Below, piece after piece: positions 38,567 through 48,976 of a stretch of 64,000 nucleotides of DNA; the stretch's first letter is position 1, and each line of letters starts with the position of its first letter. The DNA is from an uncultured Nitrospiraceae bacterium (lineage in GTDB: Bacteria; Nitrospirota; Nitrospiria; Nitrospirales; Nitrospiraceae): positions 608,001 through 672,000 of the forward strand of contig CAVPLT010000001.1 in the NCBI GenBank assembly GCA_963706325.1, given 5' to 3'. Below the pieces are notes generated by a model. That model saw only the letters and a program-made list of their open reading frames with translations. It made no database searches and was not told the DNA's origin. The translations under genes were made by a program, and so were the position numbers.

Positions 38567-39346
38567 GTGTCCTTGCCTTCCGCAATCCATCTTGGTCTGT
38601 GTCTCCTGATCGGATTCGCGACGGCTGGATGTTATGTGGAAGCGCCTTCAGTAGGTCCGGAAGTGATGTCGGCCAGGCTGGTCGAACTATTGACGGATGC
38701 TGATCCGAGTATGCGCCGCACTGCGGCAGAAGCGTTGGGGAAAATTGGACGTCGATCAGCGAGATCAGGGCTGGTTTTAGCGCTCAATGATCCTGATCCA
38801 GGCGTGCGTGGAGCTGCGGCCATTGCGTTGGGTCGATTGGGTGACGCGGAGAGTGGACTGGCTCTCGTAGAGTTGTTATCCGACCCTGTTGGCGCAGTTC
38901 GTGAGGCTGCCGCTCTCGCTCTGAGTGAAATCGAACCGGCCTCGGCTTTGGAGGCGCAAATTCTTGCGACGATTCGCACTCGAGACGTTCCCGGTCGTAT
39001 CGCTGCAAGCCGTGCCCTGCTTGGGTTGGATAGCGTCTCTTTTTCGGACAATCTTGCTGCCGCTTTGCGAGATGTGGATCCGACGGTTCGTCAGGGGGTA
39101 GCCGCTGTCATGGGGGAGACGGGAGATGTCCGGGCCATCCCATATTTGCTGTCACTTCTGAAGACAGATGTGCATGCAGGTGTGCGCTCTGAGGCGGCAT
39201 TCCGACTCGGAAAGGTTGGCGATCAGGAGGTTGTGGCTGATCTGTTGAAAGTCGCTGAGAAGGATTCCGATTTCGTGGTTCGAGGATGGACGCAGTGGGC
39301 CTTGCAGCAGATCAGACAATCGCACGAGTACGGTTCAAAGAATTGA
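38567..39346 (+). CDS. HEAT-repeat protein, probable lipoprotein
   Basis: TAGC lipobox-like motif and repeated D.DP.VR.AAA.ALG. Start approximate. Confidence 0.8.
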   Translation: MSLPSAIHLGLCLLIGFATAGCYVEAPSVGPEVMSARLVELLTDADPSMRRTAAEALGKIGRRSARSGLVLALNDPDPGVRGAAAIALGRLGDAESGLALVELLSDPVGAVREAAALALSEIEPASALEAQILATIRTRDVPGRIAASRALLGLDSVSFSDNLAAALRDVDPTVRQGVAAVMGETGDVRAIPYLLSLLKTDVHAGVRSEAAFRLGKVGDQEVVADLLKVAEKDSDFVVRGWTQWALQQIRQSHEYGSKN

Positions 39347-39830
39347 CCAAGTCGATAACCCGCTTTTGGGCATTGTCATCAATGTCGATGAACTGAATTC
39401 CCATTCCAGGAAACAGCAAGTATCGTTCTGGCTTTGAGCGTGTCCAAGCAACTTTTGCGCGGGTTCCAAATTTCTCACTCGGTCGATCGGGCAACGCAAA
39501 CTCCACTTTCAACTCGGTTCCGGGTGGGAGTGGCGTACTACTCTCAATAAACAGCCCACCTCCGCCGATTCCACCTGTCAGGCCCTCAAAGTGTTTGCCT
39601 TCGGGAGTGATGCAGCGCACCTTGATTGCGAGTGGCGCGCGTGGATGTGCTCGGCTATGGGCGAAACGTTCATCATCGTCGATGGATAGAATGTGCTCGA
39701 TGAGCGAGCCCCAGCCCAGTGTGCCCAGGCTCTGTCCTTTTTCATCGAACAAGCTCAACGTTTCCTGTTCGCAGTCAATAGCGAATACTTTCCCCTGGTG
39801 TTCGCGAGTGGCGGTGACGGGAAACCTCAT
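39312..39830 (-). CDS. PilZ-domain protein (TIGR02266-like)
   Basis: RAHPRAP, GGLFIES, AKVAW and PGMGIQF motifs. Confidence 0.85.
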   Translation of the reverse strand: MRFPVTATREHQGKVFAIDCEQETLSLFDEKGQSLGTLGWGSLIEHILSIDDDERFAHSRAHPRAPLAIKVRCITPEGKHFEGLTGGIGGGGLFIESSTPLPPGTELKVEFALPDRPSEKFGTRAKVAWTRSKPERYLLFPGMGIQFIDIDDNAQKRVIDLVNSLNRTRAIV

Positions 39831-39854
39831 CTTAGGGCTAGCCCTTCCACGTGT

Positions 39855-40406
39855 TTATTCGATTGGCTCAAGCTTGGCTGGCTGGAGCGGGTCATTCTGC
39901 GGAATACATTTGACCGAATGGATCAAGCTGAGTACTCGGTTCCTCGTTTCCACCGCAATTTCCGTAAAGCGCACACCCATTCCTGGACTAAATGTGTATT
40001 GGTCGGCTTTCGGGCACACCCAGGCGATGCCGCCTTTGGCCGACAGCCACTCGTCAGGATTCTCTGGCAACGTAAACTCCAGGGTCAGCTTGGTTCCGAC
40101 AGCTAGTGGGGCAAAGCTTTCAATAAAGAGTCCACCTCCACCGATTCCGCCCGCTCGACTTTCGAATTGGGTACCTTCAGGAGTCGTGTATTTAACTCGT
40201 ATGGATAGCGAGATACGCGGTTCAGAGCGCGCTTCACGCGGTTGCTGAGGTTTTCTATAGGTGAGAATCTGATCGACGAGAAAATCCCAAGTCAGGCCGC
40301 CCATGGTTTCGCCATTGAGGCCCACTAGGGTAATCATCTCCTTGGCGGCATCAACTTCGAGCGTTTTTCCCTTATGCCTGCTACTGGATACAACAGCGAA
40401 TTTCAC
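39855..40406 (-). CDS. PilZ-domain protein (tandem paralog)
   Basis: RSEPRIS, GGLFIES and PGMGVRF motifs. GTG start. Confidence 0.85.
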   Translation of the reverse strand: MKFAVVSSSRHKGKTLEVDAAKEMITLVGLNGETMGGLTWDFLVDQILTYRKPQQPREARSEPRISLSIRVKYTTPEGTQFESRAGGIGGGGLFIESFAPLAVGTKLTLEFTLPENPDEWLSAKGGIAWVCPKADQYTFSPGMGVRFTEIAVETRNRVLSLIHSVKCIPQNDPLQPAKLEPIE

Positions 40407-40552
40407 ACGTGCCGTCCTTTAGGCGATGGATCGTTGGGATCCCGTATGTTTCCGCAAGTATACCGCACGGAATCGTCTTGTCGACAAAAACCTGATTCAA
40501 GGCATAATCGAGGCCGGAATGTGGAGAGACAGCGCAGCTGGGATGTAAAGAT

Positions 40553-40572
40553 GAGGGGGCCGAAGCCCCCTC
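40553..40572 (-). terminator. GC hairpin downstream of clpX
   Basis: GAGGGGGC-TTCG-GCCCCCTC on the minus strand, followed by ATCTTT (weak U tract). Confidence 0.55.
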
Positions 40573-40609
40573 TAGATTGACAACCGGTTATCCATTAAGA
40601 AGGAGATGG

Positions 40610-41866
40610 TCAGGCGCTTTTTACGTCCTTGTCCTGTTCAAAGATCCGAATCGGAGCATGCTTGCCGCTTATAGCGTCTTCGGTGATCAAGACTTCCTTG
40701 ATCTGTTTCTGCGAGGGGGCGTCATACATCACATCGAGCATGGCTTCCTCAAGTATCGAGCGTAATCCTCGAGCGCCTGTTTTTTGAGTGAAGGCCTTAC
40801 GCGCGACGGCGCCCAAGGCAGCGTCGGTGAACCGCAATTTTACTTTTTCAAATGAGAGCAGCTTTTCATACTGCTTGGTGAGGGCGTTTCTCGGCTCAGT
40901 GAGGATTCGGATCAGCGCCTGCTCATCAAGTTCGTCAAGTGTGGCGACGACGGGCAACCGCCCAATAAACTCAGGAATTAAACCGTATTTCAACAGGTCT
41001 TCTGGTTGAACATGCGGCAGCAATTCTCCGAGTCGAATATCGTTACGGCCACGAACATCCGCGCCGAAACCCATCGATCGTCGGTTCATGCGCTGCTCGA
41101 TGATATGTTCAAGTCCGACAAAAGCGCCGCCACAGATGAACAGAATGTTCGAGGTGTTTACCTGAATGAATTCCTGATGCGGATGCTTGCGGCCTCCCTG
41201 AGGGGGAACGTTGGCAACCGTTCCTTCTATAAGCTTAAGGAGTGCCTGTTGTACACCTTCACCAGAAACGTCCCTGGTAATTGAAGGACTGTCACTTTTT
41301 CTACTGATTTTATCGATCTCATCGATGTACACGATCCCGCGTTCGGCACGCTCGACATCATAGTCGGCTGCTTGAAGCAGCTTGAGTATGATGTTTTCAA
41401 CATCTTCCCCGACGTAGCCCGCTTCCGTGAGGGTGGTGGCGTCGGCTAGGGTGAAGGGCACGTCCAGGAATTTGGCCAAGGTCTGGGCCAATAAGGTCTT
41501 TCCGGTACCGGTAGGACCAATTACCAGGATATTGCCTTTTTGGAGTTCGACATCGTCGACGTCCTTATCCTTCGCGGAGATGCGTTTGTAATGATTGTGA
41601 ACGGCAACGGAGAGAATTCTCTTTGCGCGATCCTGCCCAATCACATACTGGTCGAGATGATGTTTGATTTCGGCTGGCTTCCTGAGCTTCGAGGAAATCT
41701 CCTCTTTAGCCTCTTCCCAATCCTCTGCAATGATGTCATTGCAGAGATTGACACACTCGTCGCATATGTAAACCGTCGGACCGGCGATCAGCTTTCGGAC
41801 TTCGTCTCGGCTCTTCCCGCAGAAGGAACAACGCAGGTGCCGATCAATTTTTTCTTGTTTAGCCAT
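40610..41866 (-). CDS. clpX: ATP-dependent Clp protease ATPase subunit
   Basis: CSFCGK zinc finger, [13 protein letters not shown] and [10 protein letters not shown] motifs. Confidence 0.98.
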   Translation of the reverse strand: MAKQEKIDRHLRCSFCGKSRDEVRKLIAGPTVYICDECVNLCNDIIAEDWEEAKEEISSKLRKPAEIKHHLDQYVIGQDRAKRILSVAVHNHYKRISAKDKDVDDVELQKGNILVIGPTGTGKTLLAQTLAKFLDVPFTLADATTLTEAGYVGEDVENIILKLLQAADYDVERAERGIVYIDEIDKISRKSDSPSITRDVSGEGVQQALLKLIEGTVANVPPQGGRKHPHQEFIQVNTSNILFICGGAFVGLEHIIEQRMNRRSMGFGADVRGRNDIRLGELLPHVQPEDLLKYGLIPEFIGRLPVVATLDELDEQALIRILTEPRNALTKQYEKLLSFEKVKLRFTDAALGAVARKAFTQKTGARGLRSILEEAMLDVMYDAPSQKQIKEVLITEDAISGKHAPIRIFEQDKDVKSA

Positions 41867-41892
41867 GCTGCCTCCCACTACACCAAGGTCAA

Positions 41893-42528
41893 CTAGCTCT
41901 TGCCGCCCTCTTTCCCCGAATCCGTCGACGCCACGGGTTTAAGGCTCTTTAGGGGGCGTGTGATAACCTCATCGATCAGCCCATAACGTTTGGCTTCCTC
42001 GCTCGACATGAAATAGTCTCGTTCGGTGTCTTGCGCGATTTTGTCGAGAGGTTGGCCGGTATGTTTGGCCATGATTTCGTTTAGGCGTTCGCGAATTTTC
42101 AATATTTCTCGTGCATGAATGTCGATTTCGGTAGCCTGGCCTTGGAACCCTCCCATCGGCTGGTGGATCATGACACGAGCATTCGGCAGGGCGTAACGTT
42201 TTCCCTTTGTGCCGGCGGTTAAGAGGAAGGCTCCCATGCTTGCAGCTTGGCCCAGGCAGATGGTGTTGATCGCTGGTTTGACATATTGCATAGTGTCGTA
42301 AATGCCAAGACCGGCCGTCACGCTTCCACCGGGAGAATTGATGTACAGATTGATATCCTTCTCAGGATCCTCAGCTTCCAAAAAAAGCAGTTGCGCGATG
42401 ATCAGGTTCGCGAAAACATCATCGATCGGCGCACCAAGAAAGATGATACGATCTTTAAGAAGGCGAGAGTAGATGTCATAGGCACGTTCGCCGCGGTTTG
42501 TTTGTTCGATGACAATCGGAACTAACAT
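41893..42528 (-). CDS. clpP: Clp protease proteolytic subunit
   Basis: [19 protein letters not shown] and IHQP motifs. Confidence 0.98.
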   Translation of the reverse strand: MLVPIVIEQTNRGERAYDIYSRLLKDRIIFLGAPIDDVFANLIIAQLLFLEAEDPEKDINLYINSPGGSVTAGLGIYDTMQYVKPAINTICLGQAASMGAFLLTAGTKGKRYALPNARVMIHQPMGGFQGQATEIDIHAREILKIRERLNEIMAKHTGQPLDKIAQDTERDYFMSSEEAKRYGLIDEVITRPLKSLKPVASTDSGKEGGKS

Positions 42529-42648
42529 TCAGCTGAATCCTTTCCGCTACAGGCCCTGCAAGTAGAAACTCTTTAGTTTACCATACGTCCGCAGCCTGGA
42601 TTAAGTGAATCACAAGGGATTTACGGCGAGGTTATGCGGATGACATGA

Positions 42649-43974
42649 CTATCCCTGAATCATGGCGTGGCGATAAACAAAATCCAAGGCTTTGTCGGCC
42701 AAGATTCTGGCCTGAAGATCGTCCAAGGTGTCTTGTCCTCCAGACTGAATCATGCGGCGAACTTCGTCGGCAGACAGCTTGACCTCTGCGGCGAGTCTCG
42801 CAATTTCATGGTTCAGATCTTCATTCGTGACGGAGATGCCCTCTTTTGCCGCTAGCGCTTCGAGGATTAATCCAACCTTCACGCGTCGCTCGGCTTCAGG
42901 CCGATACTCATCCTGGAGTTTGGTGATGTCGTCTGTTCGAGAGGCGGCAGGTGAGGCGTCGGGATGGTCGTCCGATTTGCGCTGGCGGGATTGCAACTGT
43001 TGCCTAACCATAGCTGACAGTTCTCGCTCAACCAAGGTTCCGGGTAGTTCAAAATGATGGGTTTCCGCGAGGCGTTTTAAAATGGTGTCCTTGTAGGAAT
43101 CTTCGATATCCTTCTTGAGGGTCCGCTCCATTTCGGTGCGAAGCTTGTCTCGAATCTCTTGCAAGGACTGATAGGGGCCGCAGTCTTTTGCGAATTCATC
43201 GTCCAGAGACGGGAGTTGCTTTTGCTTCACCGATTGAATAGCGCAGTGAAATGTGACGGTCTTGCCCGCGACACGGGGATCTGGGTGCGTTACCGGATAG
43301 GCCTGAGGAACCGTAATTGTCTCACCTTCCTTTTTGCCGATCAGATGACTTTCAAGATCGACCCCTAGCACGAGGGCATGTGAGCCGATCTTGTGAAGAT
43401 GGCCCTCCTTTGTCGTTCCATCGAGCGGGCTGCCGTCCAGGGTCCCTGTAACATTCAGCACCGCATAGTCCCCATCGGACAATGGCGTTCCCGCCGGGGC
43501 AGGATGCAATTGGGCCATTTGTTCGCGAAGAACCTCGATGGCTTTTTCAACTTGTTCGTCAGTTATGCTCCGGTGATCTTGTTTGAGCGAAATTGGATTG
43601 GGAGCCTTATAATCTCGGAGTTCAATCGTCGGCTTGATTTCGACCGTGGCGGTAAAGGTGAAGGGGGCATCCTTCTTGACCTTAACTCGTTCCAGTGGCG
43701 GAATTTCCACCAGCACCGGGACAATTCCTGATTGGCGAATGGCCCTATCGTAGTAATCGGGGACTAGCGCACGAATGACGTCCTCCTCGACAGTTTTAGC
43801 ATAGCGTTTTTCCAGTAACTGTAGCGGGGCCTTCCCAGCGCGGAAGCCCGGAATGTGCACTTGCTTGTTTAGTTCGGAGTATGCCCGGACAAAGCGCAAG
43901 TTAACTTCGTCTGCCGGAACTTCAATTTTAAGCGATCGCTTCATGGGACCCAGTTCAGTCACTTCAAGTTTCAT
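42649..43974 (-). CDS. tig: Trigger factor
   Basis: PGFRAGKAP ribosome-binding loop and LDDEFAK. Lies upstream of clpPX. Confidence 0.95.
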   Translation of the reverse strand: MKLEVTELGPMKRSLKIEVPADEVNLRFVRAYSELNKQVHIPGFRAGKAPLQLLEKRYAKTVEEDVIRALVPDYYDRAIRQSGIVPVLVEIPPLERVKVKKDAPFTFTATVEIKPTIELRDYKAPNPISLKQDHRSITDEQVEKAIEVLREQMAQLHPAPAGTPLSDGDYAVLNVTGTLDGSPLDGTTKEGHLHKIGSHALVLGVDLESHLIGKKEGETITVPQAYPVTHPDPRVAGKTVTFHCAIQSVKQKQLPSLDDEFAKDCGPYQSLQEIRDKLRTEMERTLKKDIEDSYKDTILKRLAETHHFELPGTLVERELSAMVRQQLQSRQRKSDDHPDASPAASRTDDITKLQDEYRPEAERRVKVGLILEALAAKEGISVTNEDLNHEIARLAAEVKLSADEVRRMIQSGGQDTLDDLQARILADKALDFVYRHAMIQG

Positions 43975-44034
43975 ACGTCTGTTCGCGTCCTCCGAGTACA
44001 AAAAAGTTTGGGCGCCACGCAGGGTCTCTAGGTA

Positions 44035-44117
44035 TGGTGCGAGAGGGGGGACTTGAACCCCCACGGTTACCCACGGGCTCCTAAGACCCGCGCGTCTGCC
44101 AGTTCCGCCACTCTCGC
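44035..44117 (-). tRNA. tRNA-Leu(TAG)
   Basis: GCGAGAG acceptor stem, CT-TAG-GA anticodon loop, variable arm, GGTTCAAGTCC, CCA. Confidence 0.96.
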
Positions 44118-44430
44118 GACGCTGACACCGCGTTGCCTATCGATGCTGCATGCGGAAGGTGCCTGCTGATGGAAAGAGCTGCTGAATAATGACATTTTGT
44201 ACCGTCGATCGAGCCTACCTGTCAACCCATACGCCGGTTGGGCGTATCTAATTCGTCATTCGCTCCAAGCCTCAGCCGCCCCGCTCATTCACCTGGTAAG
44301 GAGACCTGAAGCTCGGAAATGCTTGCGGATGATTATGTGCAGTAGTACCACAATCTCTGTGGAGGTATAATGAAAAGCAAGCCTTGGATACCAATCATCT
44401 AGGGCCCTCTTCTGCGAGGAGGAACCATCC

Positions 44431-45516
44431 ATGAAGCTGATCGTTTTGGCTGTCTCAGCAGCATCCCTTCTGGTTCTCTGTGGGATGTACTCCTCAGGGT
44501 GGGCCTATCGAGACTATTTCACCCACGAACAAAAAGCTCAATTGGAACGGATTCAAACCGTCTTTGTGGATGTCATTATCCTAACCGACCAAGGAACAGG
44601 AACTCCGGATAGCATCAGGGGCGTGGTGATGCGTCGTATCGGCGAACTGGGCTATGCGGTGAGTGCGGACCACGCCATTCCCCACGATGTCCTTGTCAGG
44701 GTGAAGTGCGAGCAACGAAAGACGTGGGAAGGGACTTCATCTGCGGGCGGGGACAATGATTTGCCCGATGCCCCTTCACGTTTATGGAAGGGCCCCGCTT
44801 GTCAATTGACCTATGATCTGGGAGGCATGAAGGTCAAGTGGCAGAAAGAGGTCCGCGCTGATTTTGAAGATGCCGTCCAGGCTTCTCAATCGGCTCACGC
44901 TGGCGACCCTGGCGTATACGCCTTGAGTGCACTGCGCGATGCGTTGGAAAAATACGAATTTCCCCTGCTATTGACGGCTGAATGGGGGCAGCCAGATCGA
45001 TTGCTGAAGCTATTGGATTCTCCGGAGACCAGTCACCTCCGGAAGCTGAAGATCATTTCCTTATTGGGCGAAATGGTGGCAGATGAAGCATTGCCGCGTC
45101 TCATGGAGGCGCTCAAGGACAAAGATCTGGCCAAGCAAGCGGCGGTAGCGCTCGGCAACATGGGTAAAGAAGGGATCCCCATCCTAGTTGATATTCTCAA
45201 GCACTCGAAACAACCTGACTTGCAAGCGGCCGCAGCAAAAGGTCTGGGCGATCTTGGCAATATCCATAGCGATGTGACCGTGGTTCCCCCGCTGCTGGAA
45301 ATGCTGGACGCACCAGATATCGACATCGCCGTCCAAACAGAAATCGCATGGGCCTTGGGGCGGGTGCCTGATCGTCGCTCAGTTGAACCTCTGTTTGCAC
45401 TTGATCGGAAACTGCAGAAGATCAGGAAGGATCCGCCGGACCCTCAAATGAAGAAGCTGAAGGAGGCGGTGTTCTGGTCGATCAAGCAGGTGTACACGGA
45501 AGATCAGTACAGCTGA
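44431..45516 (+). CDS. Exported protein with C-terminal HEAT repeats
   Basis: GAGGAGG RBS, signal peptide, and AAVALG/AAKGLG/IAWALG repeats. Confidence 0.82.
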   Translation: MKLIVLAVSAASLLVLCGMYSSGWAYRDYFTHEQKAQLERIQTVFVDVIILTDQGTGTPDSIRGVVMRRIGELGYAVSADHAIPHDVLVRVKCEQRKTWEGTSSAGGDNDLPDAPSRLWKGPACQLTYDLGGMKVKWQKEVRADFEDAVQASQSAHAGDPGVYALSALRDALEKYEFPLLLTAEWGQPDRLLKLLDSPETSHLRKLKIISLLGEMVADEALPRLMEALKDKDLAKQAAVALGNMGKEGIPILVDILKHSKQPDLQAAAAKGLGDLGNIHSDVTVVPPLLEMLDAPDIDIAVQTEIAWALGRVPDRRSVEPLFALDRKLQKIRKDPPDPQMKKLKEAVFWSIKQVYTEDQYS

Positions 45517-45878
45517 CGTGATTTACCGGTCAGCATATCCTTTCTTGCTATAGTTTGAACGAAGCGTTCTTCCCATCTCGGAATATCGGATACCGGTGCA
45601 ACGCTGCGCGTTCTCGTTACTTGCCATCCATACTTTGATTACAAACCTATTGCGCTCAGTCTCTTCTCCGGACTTTCATGTCGCGCTGATGATCCTCCCG
45701 CGACCGCTGGCGCGTCTCCATTGATGGGACACGAGGATTTGCCGAAATCTCCGATAGCCTATGGAAGCTGTTAAAAACTGGGCGGCTCTGCTATGAGAAG
45801 CTGCGTCGGCAGTGTCTGGCAGTTGCCATCTTCCACGCGATGGTGAAGCAGTCAATGGCACACAGGGAGGTCTGCGGC

Positions 45879-47123
45879 ATGGGTCATATCTCACGAAGGC
45901 GATTTTTACAATTATCAGCCATGACCGGGGGTGCGCTTGCGGCGAGCGAGTTGGCCAGTCTCATGATGGGACTAGCGGGCAATGGCACACGCGCGTACGC
46001 CGGGGAGTCGATCAAAATCGGGATTCTCGACCCATTGTCGAGTCCGTATAAGACGTCGTCCATTCACGATGTGCATGGGGCACATGTCGCGGTAGATATT
46101 TTCAACAAGCGCGGTGGGGTACTGGGGCGGCCGGTGGCCATCCTCGAAGCCGATGATGCCTCTAACCCTGAACAGGCTGTGAAGGCCGCCACCAAGTTCA
46201 TCAAGGAAGACCGGATCGATGTTCTCATGGGTACGTTGAATGGAGACTGTGCTTTAGCCGTCAGTGCGTTGGCGAAGAAAGAAAACAAATTGTTCATGGT
46301 TACCGGGTCCTATCTTCCTGAGCTGACGGGGGCAGCCTGCGACTCACACACGTTCGTGTTCATGCCCAATGCTTCGATGCTGGCGCAAGCGGTGACGCCG
46401 CAACTAGTGAGGGCCTATGGCGCCCGCTGGTACATGCTCACAACGAGCTCGTTGGACGGCAAAACGGCCGCGCAGGCCTTGGTCACGGTTGCTCAACGTC
46501 AGGGAGTTGAATTCGTGGGGGAAACCCTAATGCCGTTCGGCTCGACGGATTTTGTTTCCGCCTTGGCCGCGGCCAAGGAACAACGGCCGACACTCATTGT
46601 GCTCAATCTTTACGGCTGGGACTTAGTCAATGCGTTGAAGGGCTATGCCACGCTGGAATTGTCGAAAGACAAGATTGGGACCGGCGGCTTGCTGAGCGGC
46701 GAGCAAATTGGCCGTCCTTTGGGCTATGCAAACAACGCGGGAATCTGGGGCCTTATCTGGGATCCAAAGGTCAACACTGAGGGGTCCAAGCGTTTTATCC
46801 AAGCCGTGGTCGAGAAGTACAGCCATACGCCGACCTCGCGCTGCTATCTGGGCTATGCCGCGATGACGCAGATATTGGAGGCGATGCAGCGCGCAGGCAC
46901 TACAGAAACTGATGCGCTCATTAAGGCCTTAGAAGGGCATGAGTTTGATGGTTTGAAAGAGGGGCGGTCATATTTTCGGGCTTCCGACCATCAGCACGTA
47001 CAGGATGTGCTCGTCGGGGAAGCCTACGGAAAAGAGCTTGGCCTCGGCCATTATAAAATTCTGACGACGGTTCCGGGTGAACGCGCAGAGCTGATGACCA
47101 ATCAAAGTGCCTGTCGACTATAG
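45879..47123 (+). CDS. Tat-exported ABC substrate-binding protein (branched-chain amino acid/amide type)
   Basis: SRRRFLQ twin-arginine signal, IKIGILDPLS, GGVLGRPV and FRASDHQ motifs. Confidence 0.88.
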   Translation: MGHISRRRFLQLSAMTGGALAASELASLMMGLAGNGTRAYAGESIKIGILDPLSSPYKTSSIHDVHGAHVAVDIFNKRGGVLGRPVAILEADDASNPEQAVKAATKFIKEDRIDVLMGTLNGDCALAVSALAKKENKLFMVTGSYLPELTGAACDSHTFVFMPNASMLAQAVTPQLVRAYGARWYMLTTSSLDGKTAAQALVTVAQRQGVEFVGETLMPFGSTDFVSALAAAKEQRPTLIVLNLYGWDLVNALKGYATLELSKDKIGTGGLLSGEQIGRPLGYANNAGIWGLIWDPKVNTEGSKRFIQAVVEKYSHTPTSRCYLGYAAMTQILEAMQRAGTTETDALIKALEGHEFDGLKEGRSYFRASDHQHVQDVLVGEAYGKELGLGHYKILTTVPGERAELMTNQSACRL

Positions 47124-47173
47124 CACTGGGCACTCGCTATGAGCACAATATGCCTCTAGGTATGTGCGCATCC

Positions 47174-48733
47174 CTAATGCGCGGAGCTAATGGCCGCGAG
47201 ACGAGCATTGTCACGCGATGTCTCTCGACCCGCGGCGACGGTCGGGCCCTGAACGATGACCAATTCCAACCGGCGGTTTTTCTGACGACCTTGTTCGCTG
47301 GCATTGGAAGCGAGTGGTCTCGAATCGGCCATACCTACAGCCTTCGTCCTGTCGGCCGGCATGCCCCCATTGATCAAAGCGCGTCGAGCATTTTCAGCGC
47401 GAGCCCAGGAGAGCGCTTTGTTGTCTGGGAACGTTTTTTGGAGGGCTTTGCTGATCGGCTGGTTATCCGTGTGCCCCGCCACCTGGACATATCTGTCGGT
47501 AGTTTGTCCTAACACCGTGCCGATCCGCTTCAACATGGTCGAGCCATCCGGCGTAAGGGCGGCATCGCTGGACGCGAACAACCAGTTGGACGCTAACGCG
47601 ACGGTCAGCCGGTTGCCATCCTGTCTGACGGTAATCGTGTTCTGTCCGCGATCACCGGGCAGTACCTTAAGCAAGTCTTCTTTCATCGCCGCGAAGCGCC
47701 CATTCGCGGTATCTACTTGCGTGGAAGCTCCTGTGCGTCCCTCATCGTTTCCTGAAGGGTTTGTCTTTCCAGGTGTGGACTGCCCAACGATATCGCTGGG
47801 TGACCGTTTGACCGAGCTAAGGTCTCTTGAGCGCGGAGTTAGCTGAGGCTGTGTGGTCTCTCGGCTCGCAGAAGGTACTCGGGGCGGTTCGACTCCAGTG
47901 CTACTGGCGCCCAGTGGTCGTTCGGGAGGCGTGCCCGAAGGGCTTTTTTGCCGAGCCGACATGTCGCGCGTCTTATCACCCACCCGTTGTTCAAGTGCGG
48001 CGATGTTGTGTCTTGCCTGATAGACCTCAGCAACCATGGCGTTATACTGGGGAACCAATTTATCTCGCTCTAAAAGTCGCGTGCGAACTGTCTCATAGGC
48101 TTGCTCCCGATCCTTGAGCAGTTGATCAAGGGCGGTGATGCGTGCCTTCAACGAGCCGATCGTTGTAGTGGCGCTCTGCAGCTGGGCCGCGAAGCTGTCT
48201 CGCTCAGCCGTACCCGCACGAGTGGCGCGGAGATCACTGTCTTGGCGGGTGACGTGCGTTTCCAGCTCCATGATTCGTCGTCGTGCCAGCTCGAGTTCCG
48301 CGACAACCGTCGCGTGTGTCTGAAGGGCGGTCAGATCTTTTTCGCGCGATGCCGATTGTTGCTCGAGTGCTGCAAGGCGTTGACGAGCCTGCTGTAACTC
48401 ACTCGTCGTGACGGCTACTTGGCCAGTCAATCGGTCTCGTTCCGGCCCTAATTTTCTCAAATCGGCAAGTTCCGCTTCTTTGGCGCTGAGCAATTGCTCA
48501 TAGGACGCTGCGGCCGGGGGACTTTGGCGATCCCCCAACTTGCTTTCGAGATCGCGAATGCGATCATGAAATTCCCCGAGCGTGGCTAGCAACTGGCTTC
48601 GCTCTTGCTGAAGAGCCAGGAGTTTCACTTCCGCGGGTGATGGATTCGTTGCGACGGGATGAACTTGGGAGGGGGTTTCACATCCCGTGACGAGGATGGC
48701 GAGCACTATGAGCATCGGTGCAGCTCGTCTCAT
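47174..48733 (-). CDS. Coiled-coil lipoprotein with C-terminal OmpA/MotB domain
   Basis: VTGC lipobox, long coiled coil, VAGHTDN...LSWARA...NRRLE. Confidence 0.85.
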   Translation of the reverse strand: MRRAAPMLIVLAILVTGCETPSQVHPVATNPSPAEVKLLALQQERSQLLATLGEFHDRIRDLESKLGDRQSPPAAASYEQLLSAKEAELADLRKLGPERDRLTGQVAVTTSELQQARQRLAALEQQSASREKDLTALQTHATVVAELELARRRIMELETHVTRQDSDLRATRAGTAERDSFAAQLQSATTTIGSLKARITALDQLLKDREQAYETVRTRLLERDKLVPQYNAMVAEVYQARHNIAALEQRVGDKTRDMSARQKSPSGTPPERPLGASSTGVEPPRVPSASRETTQPQLTPRSRDLSSVKRSPSDIVGQSTPGKTNPSGNDEGRTGASTQVDTANGRFAAMKEDLLKVLPGDRGQNTITVRQDGNRLTVALASNWLFASSDAALTPDGSTMLKRIGTVLGQTTDRYVQVAGHTDNQPISKALQKTFPDNKALSWARAENARRALINGGMPADRTKAVGMADSRPLASNASEQGRQKNRRLELVIVQGPTVAAGRETSRDNARLAAISSAH

Positions 48734-48904
48734 AAGAGCGCTCCTTGGTAGGAAAGGATATATGCTGTGTATCGCAGGACATCGACAGCCGTTCATTGGG
48801 AACCAGAGTAAGCAGTGAGGGGATGGAACTGACGCCGAGCTGAAGACTACTGATCAGCTGGTGCGAACCTGCGTGCCTACTGAAGATGGTTGTAATCATG
48901 CACC

Positions 48905-48942
48905 CTCCAGGAACACGCCGGCACTCTAACGTGTTCCTGGAG
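48905..48942. repeat. 13-bp perfect inverted repeat
   Basis: CTCCAGGAACACG-N12-CGTGTTCCTGGAG between the two OmpA genes. Confidence 0.75.
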
Positions 48943-48976
48943 CGGATGCAAGCCGTATCGAGTCACTGCGTGGTCG

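Noticed and set aside
43975..44064. N-terminal extension of tig
   Set aside because: It overlaps tRNA-Leu(TAG). The real start is MKLEV at 43974.
45520..45870. Riboswitch upstream of the solute-binding protein
   Set aside because: I recognised no aptamer consensus by eye. An Rfam scan is needed to exclude it.
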